Source: an uncultured Gemmatimonadaceae bacterium (lineage in GTDB: Bacteria > Gemmatimonadota > Gemmatimonadetes > Gemmatimonadales > Gemmatimonadaceae). From it: DNA of 64,000 nucleotides. The DNA is taken from NCBI GenBank assembly GCA_963790305.1, contig CAWBOC010000005.1, forward strand, positions 576,001 to 640,000. The letters run 5' to 3'. Each line of letters opens with the position of its first letter. The first letter of the stretch is position 1. Both the position numbers and the translations under genes were made by a program. Below, one piece after another: positions 40,883 to 49,623 of this stretch. Below the pieces are notes generated by a model. It worked only from the letters and a program-made list of their open reading frames with translations, did not search any database and was not told the origin of the DNA.

Positions 40883-41776
40883 TCACTTCGCGACGAGAAT
40901 CAAAAAGCGGGACGTCCCCCAAAACCGCTCGGGATCCGGAATCCGCAGCAGTCCGCGGAACTCCTCTTCATCGCGCTCCATCACCTCGGCGTTGTCGAGG
41001 CTCTGACGGGACACCACGGCGTAGCGCTTGGTCGAGTCCGGCAGCGGAATCTCGCGGATGTCACGGCGGTCGATCGCGGTGAAGAGCTCCGGGTCGAGCG
41101 CGCGCGCGGGCTGGAGCGTGCGTCCAATGTGCGCGATCAGGAAATTCGCGCCGCCCTCGCGCTCGACGATGCCCTTCTCGACCAGCTCATCCTCGGTGCC
41201 AACCACGTAGTAGGCGCGGTAGTACCGCTCGCCCATCACCTTCGTCTCGGTGATCAGGCTGTCCACGCGCAGGTCGAGGGCGGCGATGGTCGCCGCCTGC
41301 TCCTGCACCTTGTTGCCCAGCTCGGCGATGATGCGCTGATCATCCTCGATGCGGAGCTGAAGGGTATCGTTTTTCCCGCGAAGCTCCTGCTCGCGCTTCC
41401 GACTGTCGGCCAGCTCGGCGGCCGTCACGCGGGCGCGCTGCACGAGCGCTTCCACGCGGTCGCTGAGCTCCTTGCGCCGCACGAGCTGCTCTTCGAGCGG
41501 GCTCTCATAGTTGCGCTTCACGCGCTTCTTGGCGGGAAGACCCTTCACCGTGCGGATCTGGCTGTCGATTTTCGTCAGCAGCGAGTCGCTCTCGAAGATC
41601 GCGCGCATCAGCGAATCCTTCTGCGACGATAATGAGGTCGTGAGCGCAAGCTGGCGGTCGGTGATCGCCTGGAGGCTGTCGGCACGGGCGCGCTCTTTCT
41701 TGGTCTCGCAGCCGGCGAGGAGCGCCATCATCACGAACGAGAGGCCGAGAAGGGCAGCGGGATGCGAAGTACGCAT
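40883..41776 (-). CDS. coiled-coil lipoprotein, unknown function
   Basis: LLAGC lipobox, long heptad region, YYVVGT-x2-EL C-terminal domain. Confidence 0.8.
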   Translation of the reverse strand: MRTSHPAALLGLSFVMMALLAGCETKKERARADSLQAITDRQLALTTSLSSQKDSLMRAIFESDSLLTKIDSQIRTVKGLPAKKRVKRNYESPLEEQLVRRKELSDRVEALVQRARVTAAELADSRKREQELRGKNDTLQLRIEDDQRIIAELGNKVQEQAATIAALDLRVDSLITETKVMGERYYRAYYVVGTEDELVEKGIVEREGGANFLIAHIGRTLQPARALDPELFTAIDRRDIREIPLPDSTKRYAVVSRQSLDNAEVMERDEEEFRGLLRIPDPERFWGTSRFLILVAK

Positions 41777-41953
41777 GACAGGCAGTCTCCGGAAAAGTGC
41801 AGAAGTGACGTGGATCACAGTGCGCGAACCGTAGCGCGCATGGCGACATCACATACGATGGAGGCCGCACGAGGGTCTCAGCGCCGATTCACGCCACGCC
41901 GGAGTCGTGACGCGGAGCACGTTTCGTCCGAGGTATCGACGTACCGGCCGAGC

Positions 41954-42586
41954 TCAGGGCGTGGAGACCTCGAAGCAGCAGCGCGGGTGCTCGCCTCGCT
42001 CACAGCATTCCTCGACCGGGGCTTCCGCGAGATGCGCGACGAGACTTCCCATGGCCCGACACACTTCAGGTCGCCCGTGTACGGCTTCGCCTAGCAAGCA
42101 CCCATAGCCCCGAAGGATGAAGCCCTCATCCCACGGCTCGACCTCGGTGAGCGCGCCGAGATCCTGGAGCAGGGCGGCGACCGCGTCGACGCGCTCGCGC
42201 AGATCGCCTTTGAAGCGCGGCCACTCCGCACCAAGTCGCTGCCCGACGGTGCGCATGAGCTCATCGAGCTCTTCCTTCGACATGCGCTCGCCGAGAACAC
42301 GGAGCAGCTGCGCGACGAATGGCACATACGCGTGCGACAGGGCGGCGTCGGCGCGAGGGACCAGCTCGTAGACCACCGCGGGCCGGGTTCCACTGCGGCG
42401 GAGGCCGCCTTCTCGGACGAGCCCATCGCGTTGCAGCGCCGTCAGATGACCGCGGACGGCGTTGTGGGTCATACCGCACTTCAGCGCGATTTCGTTTGCG
42501 GTCAACGGGGACCGGCGGAGCAGGTCGACGATGAGCCTCCGCGTTCCCTTCGGCGGACTCGGGAGCTCCGGGTGAGGCGCCATCAA
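41954..42586 (-). CDS. winged-HTH transcriptional regulator with Cys-rich C-terminus (SufR/ArsR-like)
   Basis: NAVRGHLTALQRDGLV, RPAVVYEL, C-terminal C..C..CC..CC. Confidence 0.85.
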   Translation of the reverse strand: MMAPHPELPSPPKGTRRLIVDLLRRSPLTANEIALKCGMTHNAVRGHLTALQRDGLVREGGLRRSGTRPAVVYELVPRADAALSHAYVPFVAQLLRVLGERMSKEELDELMRTVGQRLGAEWPRFKGDLRERVDAVAALLQDLGALTEVEPWDEGFILRGYGCLLGEAVHGRPEVCRAMGSLVAHLAEAPVEECCERGEHPRCCFEVSTP

Positions 42587-42638
42587 CCCTCCAACCTCGT
42601 GCTCTGACAGGTGGGAACGGACCGGGAATAGTGTTTGC

Positions 42639-42657
42639 AGATATTTAATAAATATCT
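42639..42657. promoter_or_regulatory. AT-rich palindromic operator
   Basis: AGATATTTA-A-TAAATATCT perfect inverted repeat in a divergent intergenic region. Confidence 0.65.
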
Positions 42658-42785
42658 TCCCAATCTCGGCGCTCTCTGCTTTCGGTTGTCGGCGCGGCGT
42701 CGTGCCTGGGTGAGCCTCATGGTCACTACCGCAATACGACTGCTTCCCGCTTTTCGCTAGGGATCAGGCGTCGGAGGATCCAATC

Positions 42786-44036
42786 ATGATGAGCCCGAAC
42801 AGCACGCGTCCGTCGTTGCAACCCTCTCACCCGCGCGGCAACCGGTGGTGGCCGCTCCCGCTGGCAGTGGGCGTGGCCGCCGCCGCTCTTCTGGTGTCGT
42901 CATGCGATGATGATGGGCCGACCGGTCCGGAGCCGCTCGACCCCGCCCTCGTTGCGCAGGGGAAGACCGTCTTTCGCTTCGACACGTTCGGCGATGAGAC
43001 GTTCTGGACCGATACGCTCCGAATGCATGAGGTGATCCGCACCGGCGTCAGTCCGGCCACGGCACTCTCAGTGGGCTTGAAGGTCGACGTCGACACTCTG
43101 CCGGCACAGGTCCGGGCGGCTCTGCTGGCGGGGGACATCGATCTCGATGACCCGGCGACGACCGTGGCGCTTCTCAAGCTGGGCGCGGTCGTTGGTGTAA
43201 TCGGTCAGGTCGATGCGAGCGACAACCTCACGCGTGTCGGCATCACGTGCGCGCTGTGCCACTCCACGGTGGACAACTCCTTCGCGCCGGGCATCGGGAG
43301 GCGGCTGGACGGGTGGCCCAACCGCGACCTCAACGTAGGTGCGATCGTGGCGCTCTCTCCTGCGCTCACGACGGGCCAGAAAGCGGTCTACAACTCCTGG
43401 GGACCCGGGATGTACGACCCTCGCTTCAACCGCGATGGCCTGAACATCCCGGTGGTATTGCCGCCGGCCTTCGGGCTGCGTGAAGTGCGAAGGGAGCTGT
43501 ACACCGGCGACGATACCGTCTCCTACTGGAACGCGTACGTGGCGATCACGCAAATGCATGGGCACGGCACGTTCAGCGATCCTCGTATCGGCGTCAACGT
43601 TCAGAATCCGCCGGACATGGTGTCGGCGAAGCTCGCCGCGCTTCGTGCGTATCAGTTCAGCCTCGACAAGCCTGCGCCGGTAGCTGCGGAGTTCGACGTG
43701 GCAGCGGCGGCGCGGGGACGAACCGTTTTCGAGGGTCCCGGGCAATGTTCGAGCTGTCACGCCGGAGCGACCTTCACGGACATTAATGACGGAGATCTGC
43801 ACACCGCGGCTGAGGTCGGCCAAGACCCGGCGTACGCCCTGCGCAGCGTGACCGAGAGGTACAGGACGACACCGCTGCGAGGACTCTGGAATCCTCCGCA
43901 ATTGCGGGGGCCATACTTCCACGACGGAAGCGCCGCGACACTGGAAGCGGTCGTGGAACACTACAACGCCCGGCGCAGTCTCGGTCTCACCGCGCAGCAG
44001 AAAACCGATCTCGTGCACTTCCTGAAGTCGATCTAG
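42786..44036 (+). CDS. di-heme c-type cytochrome lipoprotein (peroxidase/MauG-like C-terminus)
   Basis: CALCH and CSSCH, TTPLRG, PYFHDGSAATLEAVV. Confidence 0.82.
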   Translation: MMSPNSTRPSLQPSHPRGNRWWPLPLAVGVAAAALLVSSCDDDGPTGPEPLDPALVAQGKTVFRFDTFGDETFWTDTLRMHEVIRTGVSPATALSVGLKVDVDTLPAQVRAALLAGDIDLDDPATTVALLKLGAVVGVIGQVDASDNLTRVGITCALCHSTVDNSFAPGIGRRLDGWPNRDLNVGAIVALSPALTTGQKAVYNSWGPGMYDPRFNRDGLNIPVVLPPAFGLREVRRELYTGDDTVSYWNAYVAITQMHGHGTFSDPRIGVNVQNPPDMVSAKLAALRAYQFSLDKPAPVAAEFDVAAAARGRTVFEGPGQCSSCHAGATFTDINDGDLHTAAEVGQDPAYALRSVTERYRTTPLRGLWNPPQLRGPYFHDGSAATLEAVVEHYNARRSLGLTAQQKTDLVHFLKSI

Positions 44037-44181
44037 GAGGAGATCGAGACCGCGCAGCCCACGGACGACGTTCGCGGGAAATCTCCGAGCACTTGCCTGT
44101 CGACCGTCGAGTCTCGCCGCAATCTCATTGCGATCTGGATGCGCTGGTGTTGTACTCCAGGCGCTTCTTACTGGAGGTGTC

Positions 44182-45669
44182 ATGCATTATCGCATTCGCG
44201 CCGCGCTGACCGCGACGGCGCTCGTCGTCGTCGCGTGCGAGGAGACAAGCCAGCCTGCCGCAACGGCACCTGAGGTCGCACTGCACCGGCAGGGCAACTC
44301 GTCAGGCACGGAGACCGGCCCGAGCCGGGTCGGCGCACCCATCCCCGTGGCAGTAAAGCTCCTCGCCGAAGGGCTGGCGTCGCCGATCACGATTGTCTCC
44401 GCTGACGACCGCACGGGCCGGCTCTTCATTGTCGACCAGACCGGCACAATCCACATCCTCACTCGACGAGGCGTGCTCCTGCCCACGCCGTTCCTCGACG
44501 TTCGCACGCGAATGGTTCCGCTCATGCCAGGATTCGACGAGCGTGGACTCCTCGGTCTTGCCTTTCACCCTGACTATCGAAAGAACGGTCGCTTCTTCGT
44601 GTATTACAGCGCGCCGTTGCGCGCCGGGGCACCGGCCGGCTTCAACCACACCGCGCGCATCGCCGAGTATCGTGTCTCCGGCAATCCGAACGTGGCCGAT
44701 CCCGCGAGTGAGCGGGTGATCCTCGAGGTCGACAAGCCGCAATTCAACCACAATGGCGGCACGGTCGCGTTCGGAAAGGATGGGTTTCTCTACATCTCGA
44801 TCGGTGACGGCGGCGGCGCGAACAATGTCGGACTCGGCCACGTCGAGGACTGGTATGCCGACAATGGCGGCGGCAACGGCCAGGACACCGAGCAGAACCT
44901 GCTTGGCAACATCCTGCGCATCGACATCGACCGTGGCTCGCCGTACGGGATTCCGCGAAACAACCCGTTCGTCGGAAAGCGCGGGCTCGACGAGATCTAC
45001 GCGTACGGGCTGCGCAATCCGTATCGCATGTCATTCGACCTGAAGCACGGACACCGCCTCTTCGTCGGCGACGCCGGTCAGGGGCTGTGGGAGGAGGTCA
45101 GCATCATCGAGCGCGGTGGCAACTATGGATGGAACGTGCGCGAAGGCACCCACTGCTTCGACGCCGAGAACAACACGGCGTCGCCGCCCGACTGTCCGCG
45201 TGCGGAACAGGCGCCCAGCCCGCATGCCGGTACACCGTTGCGGAACCCGATCATCGAGTATGCCAATTCCGCCAACACCGCGGCGCCAGCCGAGACGCGG
45301 TTGGGCGTAACCGTCATTGGTGGTCACGTCTATCGCGGCCATCGCATCAAGAAGCTCGAAGGCCAGTACGTGTTCGGCGACTTCAGCCGCACGTTCGCCC
45401 CGCCTAACGGCTCACTGCTGAGCGCTTCGGACGAGCGGCACGGGCTGTGGACCATCCGCGAGCTCAGCATTGCCAACCGTCCGAACGGGCGGCTGGGTCA
45501 CTACGTCCTCGGCTTCGGGCAGGACGACCGCGGGGAGGTGTACGTCGGCGTGCGTGACGTGCTCGGGCCGGCTGGCACAACTGGGAAAGTGTACAAGCTG
45601 GTTCCGGTCGATGATGACGACAATGATGATGATGACGACAACTCCGGGCCGGGAGGCGGCGATAACTAG
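44182..45669 (+). CDS. PQQ-dependent sugar dehydrogenase (GSDH/HHIP-like)
   Basis: ERGLLGLAFHP, NHNGG, GDGG, YGLRNPYR. Confidence 0.9.
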   Translation: MHYRIRAALTATALVVVACEETSQPAATAPEVALHRQGNSSGTETGPSRVGAPIPVAVKLLAEGLASPITIVSADDRTGRLFIVDQTGTIHILTRRGVLLPTPFLDVRTRMVPLMPGFDERGLLGLAFHPDYRKNGRFFVYYSAPLRAGAPAGFNHTARIAEYRVSGNPNVADPASERVILEVDKPQFNHNGGTVAFGKDGFLYISIGDGGGANNVGLGHVEDWYADNGGGNGQDTEQNLLGNILRIDIDRGSPYGIPRNNPFVGKRGLDEIYAYGLRNPYRMSFDLKHGHRLFVGDAGQGLWEEVSIIERGGNYGWNVREGTHCFDAENNTASPPDCPRAEQAPSPHAGTPLRNPIIEYANSANTAAPAETRLGVTVIGGHVYRGHRIKKLEGQYVFGDFSRTFAPPNGSLLSASDERHGLWTIRELSIANRPNGRLGHYVLGFGQDDRGEVYVGVRDVLGPAGTTGKVYKLVPVDDDDNDDDDDNSGPGGGDN

Positions 45670-45688
45670 GTCCTGCGCGCGGGGGCTA

Positions 45689-45786
45689 AACGCATGACCA
45701 CAGAGGCACTGAGGCACAGAGGACGGCAATCACCAAGCCGGTGGTTGCCGTCCTCTGTGCCTCAGCGCCTCTGTGGTTATGCCGTT
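45689..45786. repeat. ACAGAGGC-family palindromic element
   Basis: GCATGACCACAGAGGCACTGAGGCACAGAGGACGGCAA ... TTGCCGTCCTCTGTGCCTCAGCGCCTCTGTGGTTATGC. Confidence 0.9.
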
Positions 45787-46532
45787 GCGGTCCGGCGCTG
45801 ACGTACTTCCTCAACCGCCTCGAAGAGCTGATCGAACGAATCGACGACGAACAACACGTTCTGCAGTCGGTCGATGTCGAACGATTGGCTCATCACCGCA
45901 TCGACGTCGAACGGTCGCCGATCGCAATTCGGACCGAGCGCGTTCGCCGCATCGGCGTGCGACGAGATGAGCCCGCTGCCATAGATCCGGGTGCGCCCAC
46001 GTTCGCGAATGAGGCCGAACTCCACGGTGAACCAGAACAGCCGCGCCATGGCCACCGTCTGCTCCTCGGTCTCCGCGTGTGCCGCCAGCGCGCCGAACCT
46101 CTGGAGGAAATCGCCGAACACCGGGTCTGCGTGGAGCGGAACATGGCCGAAGACATTGTGGAAGATGTCCGGCTCCGGCAAGTAGTCGAGCTGCTCTCTC
46201 GGGCGGACCTTGAGCGTGGTCGGGAAGCGACGGCGCTCGAGGCATCGAAAGAACTGCGCTGCCGGGATGAAGCCGCTCACGCCCACGGCGGCCCATCCCG
46301 TACGCGCTGCCAGGCGCACGTTTACGTCCGCGAGATCAGGAACGCGATCCGACGAGAGCCCAATGCGCTCCATTCCGGATAGAAATGCCTCGCTCCCTGT
46401 GTCGACGAGCGTGGCCATCCTCCGCTCGTAGAGCAGTCGCCACACGGCGTGCGCCTCATCGTCGTACAGATCGTAGTCCTGGGCGGTGAATGGGGGCAGC
46501 TCCGCGGCGGGCGCGTCGGATGTGTCGAGCAT
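45777..46532 (-). CDS. phhA: phenylalanine 4-hydroxylase
   Basis: LDYLPEPDIFH-x-VFGHVP, ARLFWFTVEFGL, YGSGLISS; GAGGA RBS before the ATG at 46532. Confidence 0.93.
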   Translation of the reverse strand: MLDTSDAPAAELPPFTAQDYDLYDDEAHAVWRLLYERRMATLVDTGSEAFLSGMERIGLSSDRVPDLADVNVRLAARTGWAAVGVSGFIPAAQFFRCLERRRFPTTLKVRPREQLDYLPEPDIFHNVFGHVPLHADPVFGDFLQRFGALAAHAETEEQTVAMARLFWFTVEFGLIRERGRTRIYGSGLISSHADAANALGPNCDRRPFDVDAVMSQSFDIDRLQNVLFVVDSFDQLFEAVEEVRQRRTATA

Positions 46533-46551
46533 GAGTTCCTCGTACTCGGAG

Positions 46552-46588
46552 AAAACAAAAAGCGGCCCGTGGAATCTCCACGGGCCGC
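46552..46588 (-). terminator. attenuator terminator upstream of phhA
   Basis: Minus strand GCGGCCCGTGG-AGATT-CCACGGGCCGC followed by TTTTTGTTTT. Confidence 0.88.
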
Positions 46589-46614
46589 GGGCGAAACTGG
46601 CTGATCGCGAGCGC

Positions 46615-46701
46615 TTACACGCGCAAACGCCTGCCACCGCGTTCCGTGGGCCGGGACGCGTAGGGATAGTAGACAGCTGCGCGCAGGAAGGAGCTCACCA
46701 T
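46615..46701 (-). CDS. Tyr-rich leader peptide MVSSFLRAAVYYPYASRPTERGGRRLRV
   Basis: TAC TAT CCC TAC cluster; lies between a promoter and a terminator upstream of phhA. Confidence 0.78.
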   Translation of the reverse strand: MVSSFLRAAVYYPYASRPTERGGRRLRV

Positions 46702-46707
46702 GCCAAC

Positions 46708-46736
46708 AGGGTATACGCCGGCTGTCATGAGGTCAA
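46708..46736 (-). promoter_or_regulatory. sigma70-type promoter of phhA leader
   Basis: TTGACC-17 nt-TACCCT, ending 6 nt before the leader ATG. Confidence 0.6.
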
Positions 46737-46823
46737 GCGGAGCGGCCGCGCAGCGGTTGCGCTTGCCAGCAGGGCGAGCGCGCTCTATTGTCGCCGTCCC
46801 ATTGTCGAAGGCTGAGCCGATCC

Positions 46824-47628
<805 letters not shown>

Positions 47629-47630
<2 letters not shown>

Positions 47631-47712
47631 GTAGTCGAGGGTGTCGAGGTGATCGAGGAGGGCGACGACGTGCCCTGGATCACCTCGACGACCTCGATAC
47701 CCTCGACCTCCT
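47629..47712. repeat. GTCGAGG 9-mer palindromic element (related copies near 11372-11403 and 52538-52579)
   Basis: GGTAGTCGAGGGTGTCGAGGTGATCGAGG ... ATCACCTCGACGACCTCGATACCCTCGACC. Confidence 0.8.
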
Positions 47713-47763
47713 TGTGCTTCACCTGCGCGCGCACGAACATGAGGTATCCCGCTGCGAGGCATC

Positions 47764-49623
47764 ATGCAGCCAACGGACGTCGCGGATCCGCGGTACTACC
47801 ATAAGGTCGTAGACTGCCAATGGGGCTGTCCGGCACACACCAACGTGCCGGAATACATTCGCCTCATCGCGCAGGGCCGCTACACCGAGTCGTACCTGGT
47901 CAACCGGGCGTCCAACGTCTTCCCCGGTATCCTTGGCCGCACCTGTGACCGGCCCTGCGAGCCGGCGTGCCGCCGAACCCGCGTCGATGGAAAGCCGGTC
48001 GCGATTTGTCGCTTGAAGCGCGTCGCCGCTGATTTACGCGACGATGTCAGCGACTTCCTGCCGAAGATCCCCGAGCGCAAGAACGGCAAGCGTGTCGCGC
48101 TCGTTGGCTCCGGCCCGGCATCGCTCACCGTGGCGAACGACCTCATGCCCCAGGGCTATGAGTGCGTGATCTTCGAGAAGCTCGGCCGGCCTGGCGGGCT
48201 GATGCGGACGAACATTCCGGCGTTTCGTCTCCCCGCGAGCGTGCTGGATGAGGAAGTCGCGATGATCATCGACATGGGCGTCGATCTGCGACTGAGTACG
48301 CCGGTGGCGAGCATGGGCGGGCTGCTCGCCGAGGCGTACGACGCGGTTTTCGTCGGGAGCGGCGCGCCGAAGGGGAAGGAGCTGGACATTCCCGGCCGGT
48401 GGGACACGAACCGGATCCACATCGGCATCGAGTGGCTCGAGTCCGTCCACTTCGAGCATACCACATCGATCGGTGAGCGGGTGCTCATCATCGGCGTCGG
48501 CAACACCGCGATGGACTGTTGCCGCAGCTCGCGCCGGTTAGGCGGCAGTGACATCAAGGTGATGGCGCGCCGTTCGCGTAAATACTTCAAGGCATCCGCG
48601 TGGGAGCTCGACGACGCGATCGAGGAAGGCGTTGAGATCGTGGAGAACCACGCGCCGAAGCGATTCATCGTGGAGAATGGCCGCCTCGTCGGGATGGAGT
48701 TCGAGCGGCTGCGGTGGACCGACAAGGATGGAAAGCAGCGGAGCGAGGTGATCGACACGGTCACGATCCCGTGCGACGACGTCATCCTCGCCATCGGTCA
48801 GGAGAATGCTTTCCCGTGGATCGAGCGCGACATCGGCATCACGTTCGATGATGCCGGGATGCCGGTCGTCGATCGCATGACGATGCAGTGCAGCCGGCCG
48901 GGCGTGTTCTTTGGTGGCGATGCGGCATGGGGGCCGGAAAACATCATCTGGGCGGTGGAGCACGGACACCAGGCAGCCATCTCGATCCACAATTACTGTC
49001 AGGGACTGCCGATCACCGACCGACCCGCCTACGGGATGAACCTGGTGAGCGCCAAGGTGGGCATGCATGCCTGGCGCTACAGCAACGACTACAGTCCGGC
49101 GCCGCGCGCCGCGATGTCGCACGTCGAGCTGACGCAGCGCTTTCAGAAGCTCAATGTCGAGGTCGAGCTCGGATTCAGCGCCGAGCAGACGGCGCACGAG
49201 GTAGAGCGCTGCCTGAACTGCGATATCCAGACGCACTTCACCGCGCCGTTGTGCATCGAATGCGACGCCTGCATCGACGTGTGTCCGGTGAACTGCCTGA
49301 CGATCACCACCGACGGCCCCGAGGAAGATCTGCGCACCCGGCTGTCTGCCCCGGCGCTCAATCTCCAGCAGGAGATCTACGTGTCGGCCGCCCTGCCGCA
49401 GACGCAGCGCGTGATGGTGAAGGATGAGGACGTGTGCCTCCACTGCGGCTTGTGCGCCGAGCGCTGCCCGACGGCGGCGTGGGATATGCGCGAATTCGAG
49501 CTATTGATTCCGTACGCGGGGAGGATTGCGGAAAGCGGAATGCGGAAGAACGCCACGACCGGTGGCGGAAGCATCCCGGCATCACCCATTCCGCCTTCCG
49601 CATTCAGCGTTCGCTCTCCATGA
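47764..49623 (+). CDS. GltD-like FAD/NAD(P)H oxidoreductase with C-terminal 4Fe-4S ferredoxin domains
   Basis: CQWGCPAH, CDRPCEPAC, GSGPA, CIECDACIDVCP, CLHCGLCAERCP. Confidence 0.92.
   Translation: MQPTDVADPRYYHKVVDCQWGCPAHTNVPEYIRLIAQGRYTESYLVNRASNVFPGILGRTCDRPCEPACRRTRVDGKPVAICRLKRVAADLRDDVSDFLPKIPERKNGKRVALVGSGPASLTVANDLMPQGYECVIFEKLGRPGGLMRTNIPAFRLPASVLDEEVAMIIDMGVDLRLSTPVASMGGLLAEAYDAVFVGSGAPKGKELDIPGRWDTNRIHIGIEWLESVHFEHTTSIGERVLIIGVGNTAMDCCRSSRRLGGSDIKVMARRSRKYFKASAWELDDAIEEGVEIVENHAPKRFIVENGRLVGMEFERLRWTDKDGKQRSEVIDTVTIPCDDVILAIGQENAFPWIERDIGITFDDAGMPVVDRMTMQCSRPGVFFGGDAAWGPENIIWAVEHGHQAAISIHNYCQGLPITDRPAYGMNLVSAKVGMHAWRYSNDYSPAPRAAMSHVELTQRFQKLNVEVELGFSAEQTAHEVERCLNCDIQTHFTAPLCIECDACIDVCPVNCLTITTDGPEEDLRTRLSAPALNLQQEIYVSAALPQTQRVMVKDEDVCLHCGLCAERCPTAAWDMREFELLIPYAGRIAESGMRKNATTGGGSIPASPIPPSAFSVRSP
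49525..49612. repeat. degenerate GAATGCG palindromic element inside the gene 3' end
   Basis: TTGCGGAAAGCGGAATGCGGAA ... CATTCCGCCTTCCGCATTCAGCGTTC. Confidence 0.75.
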
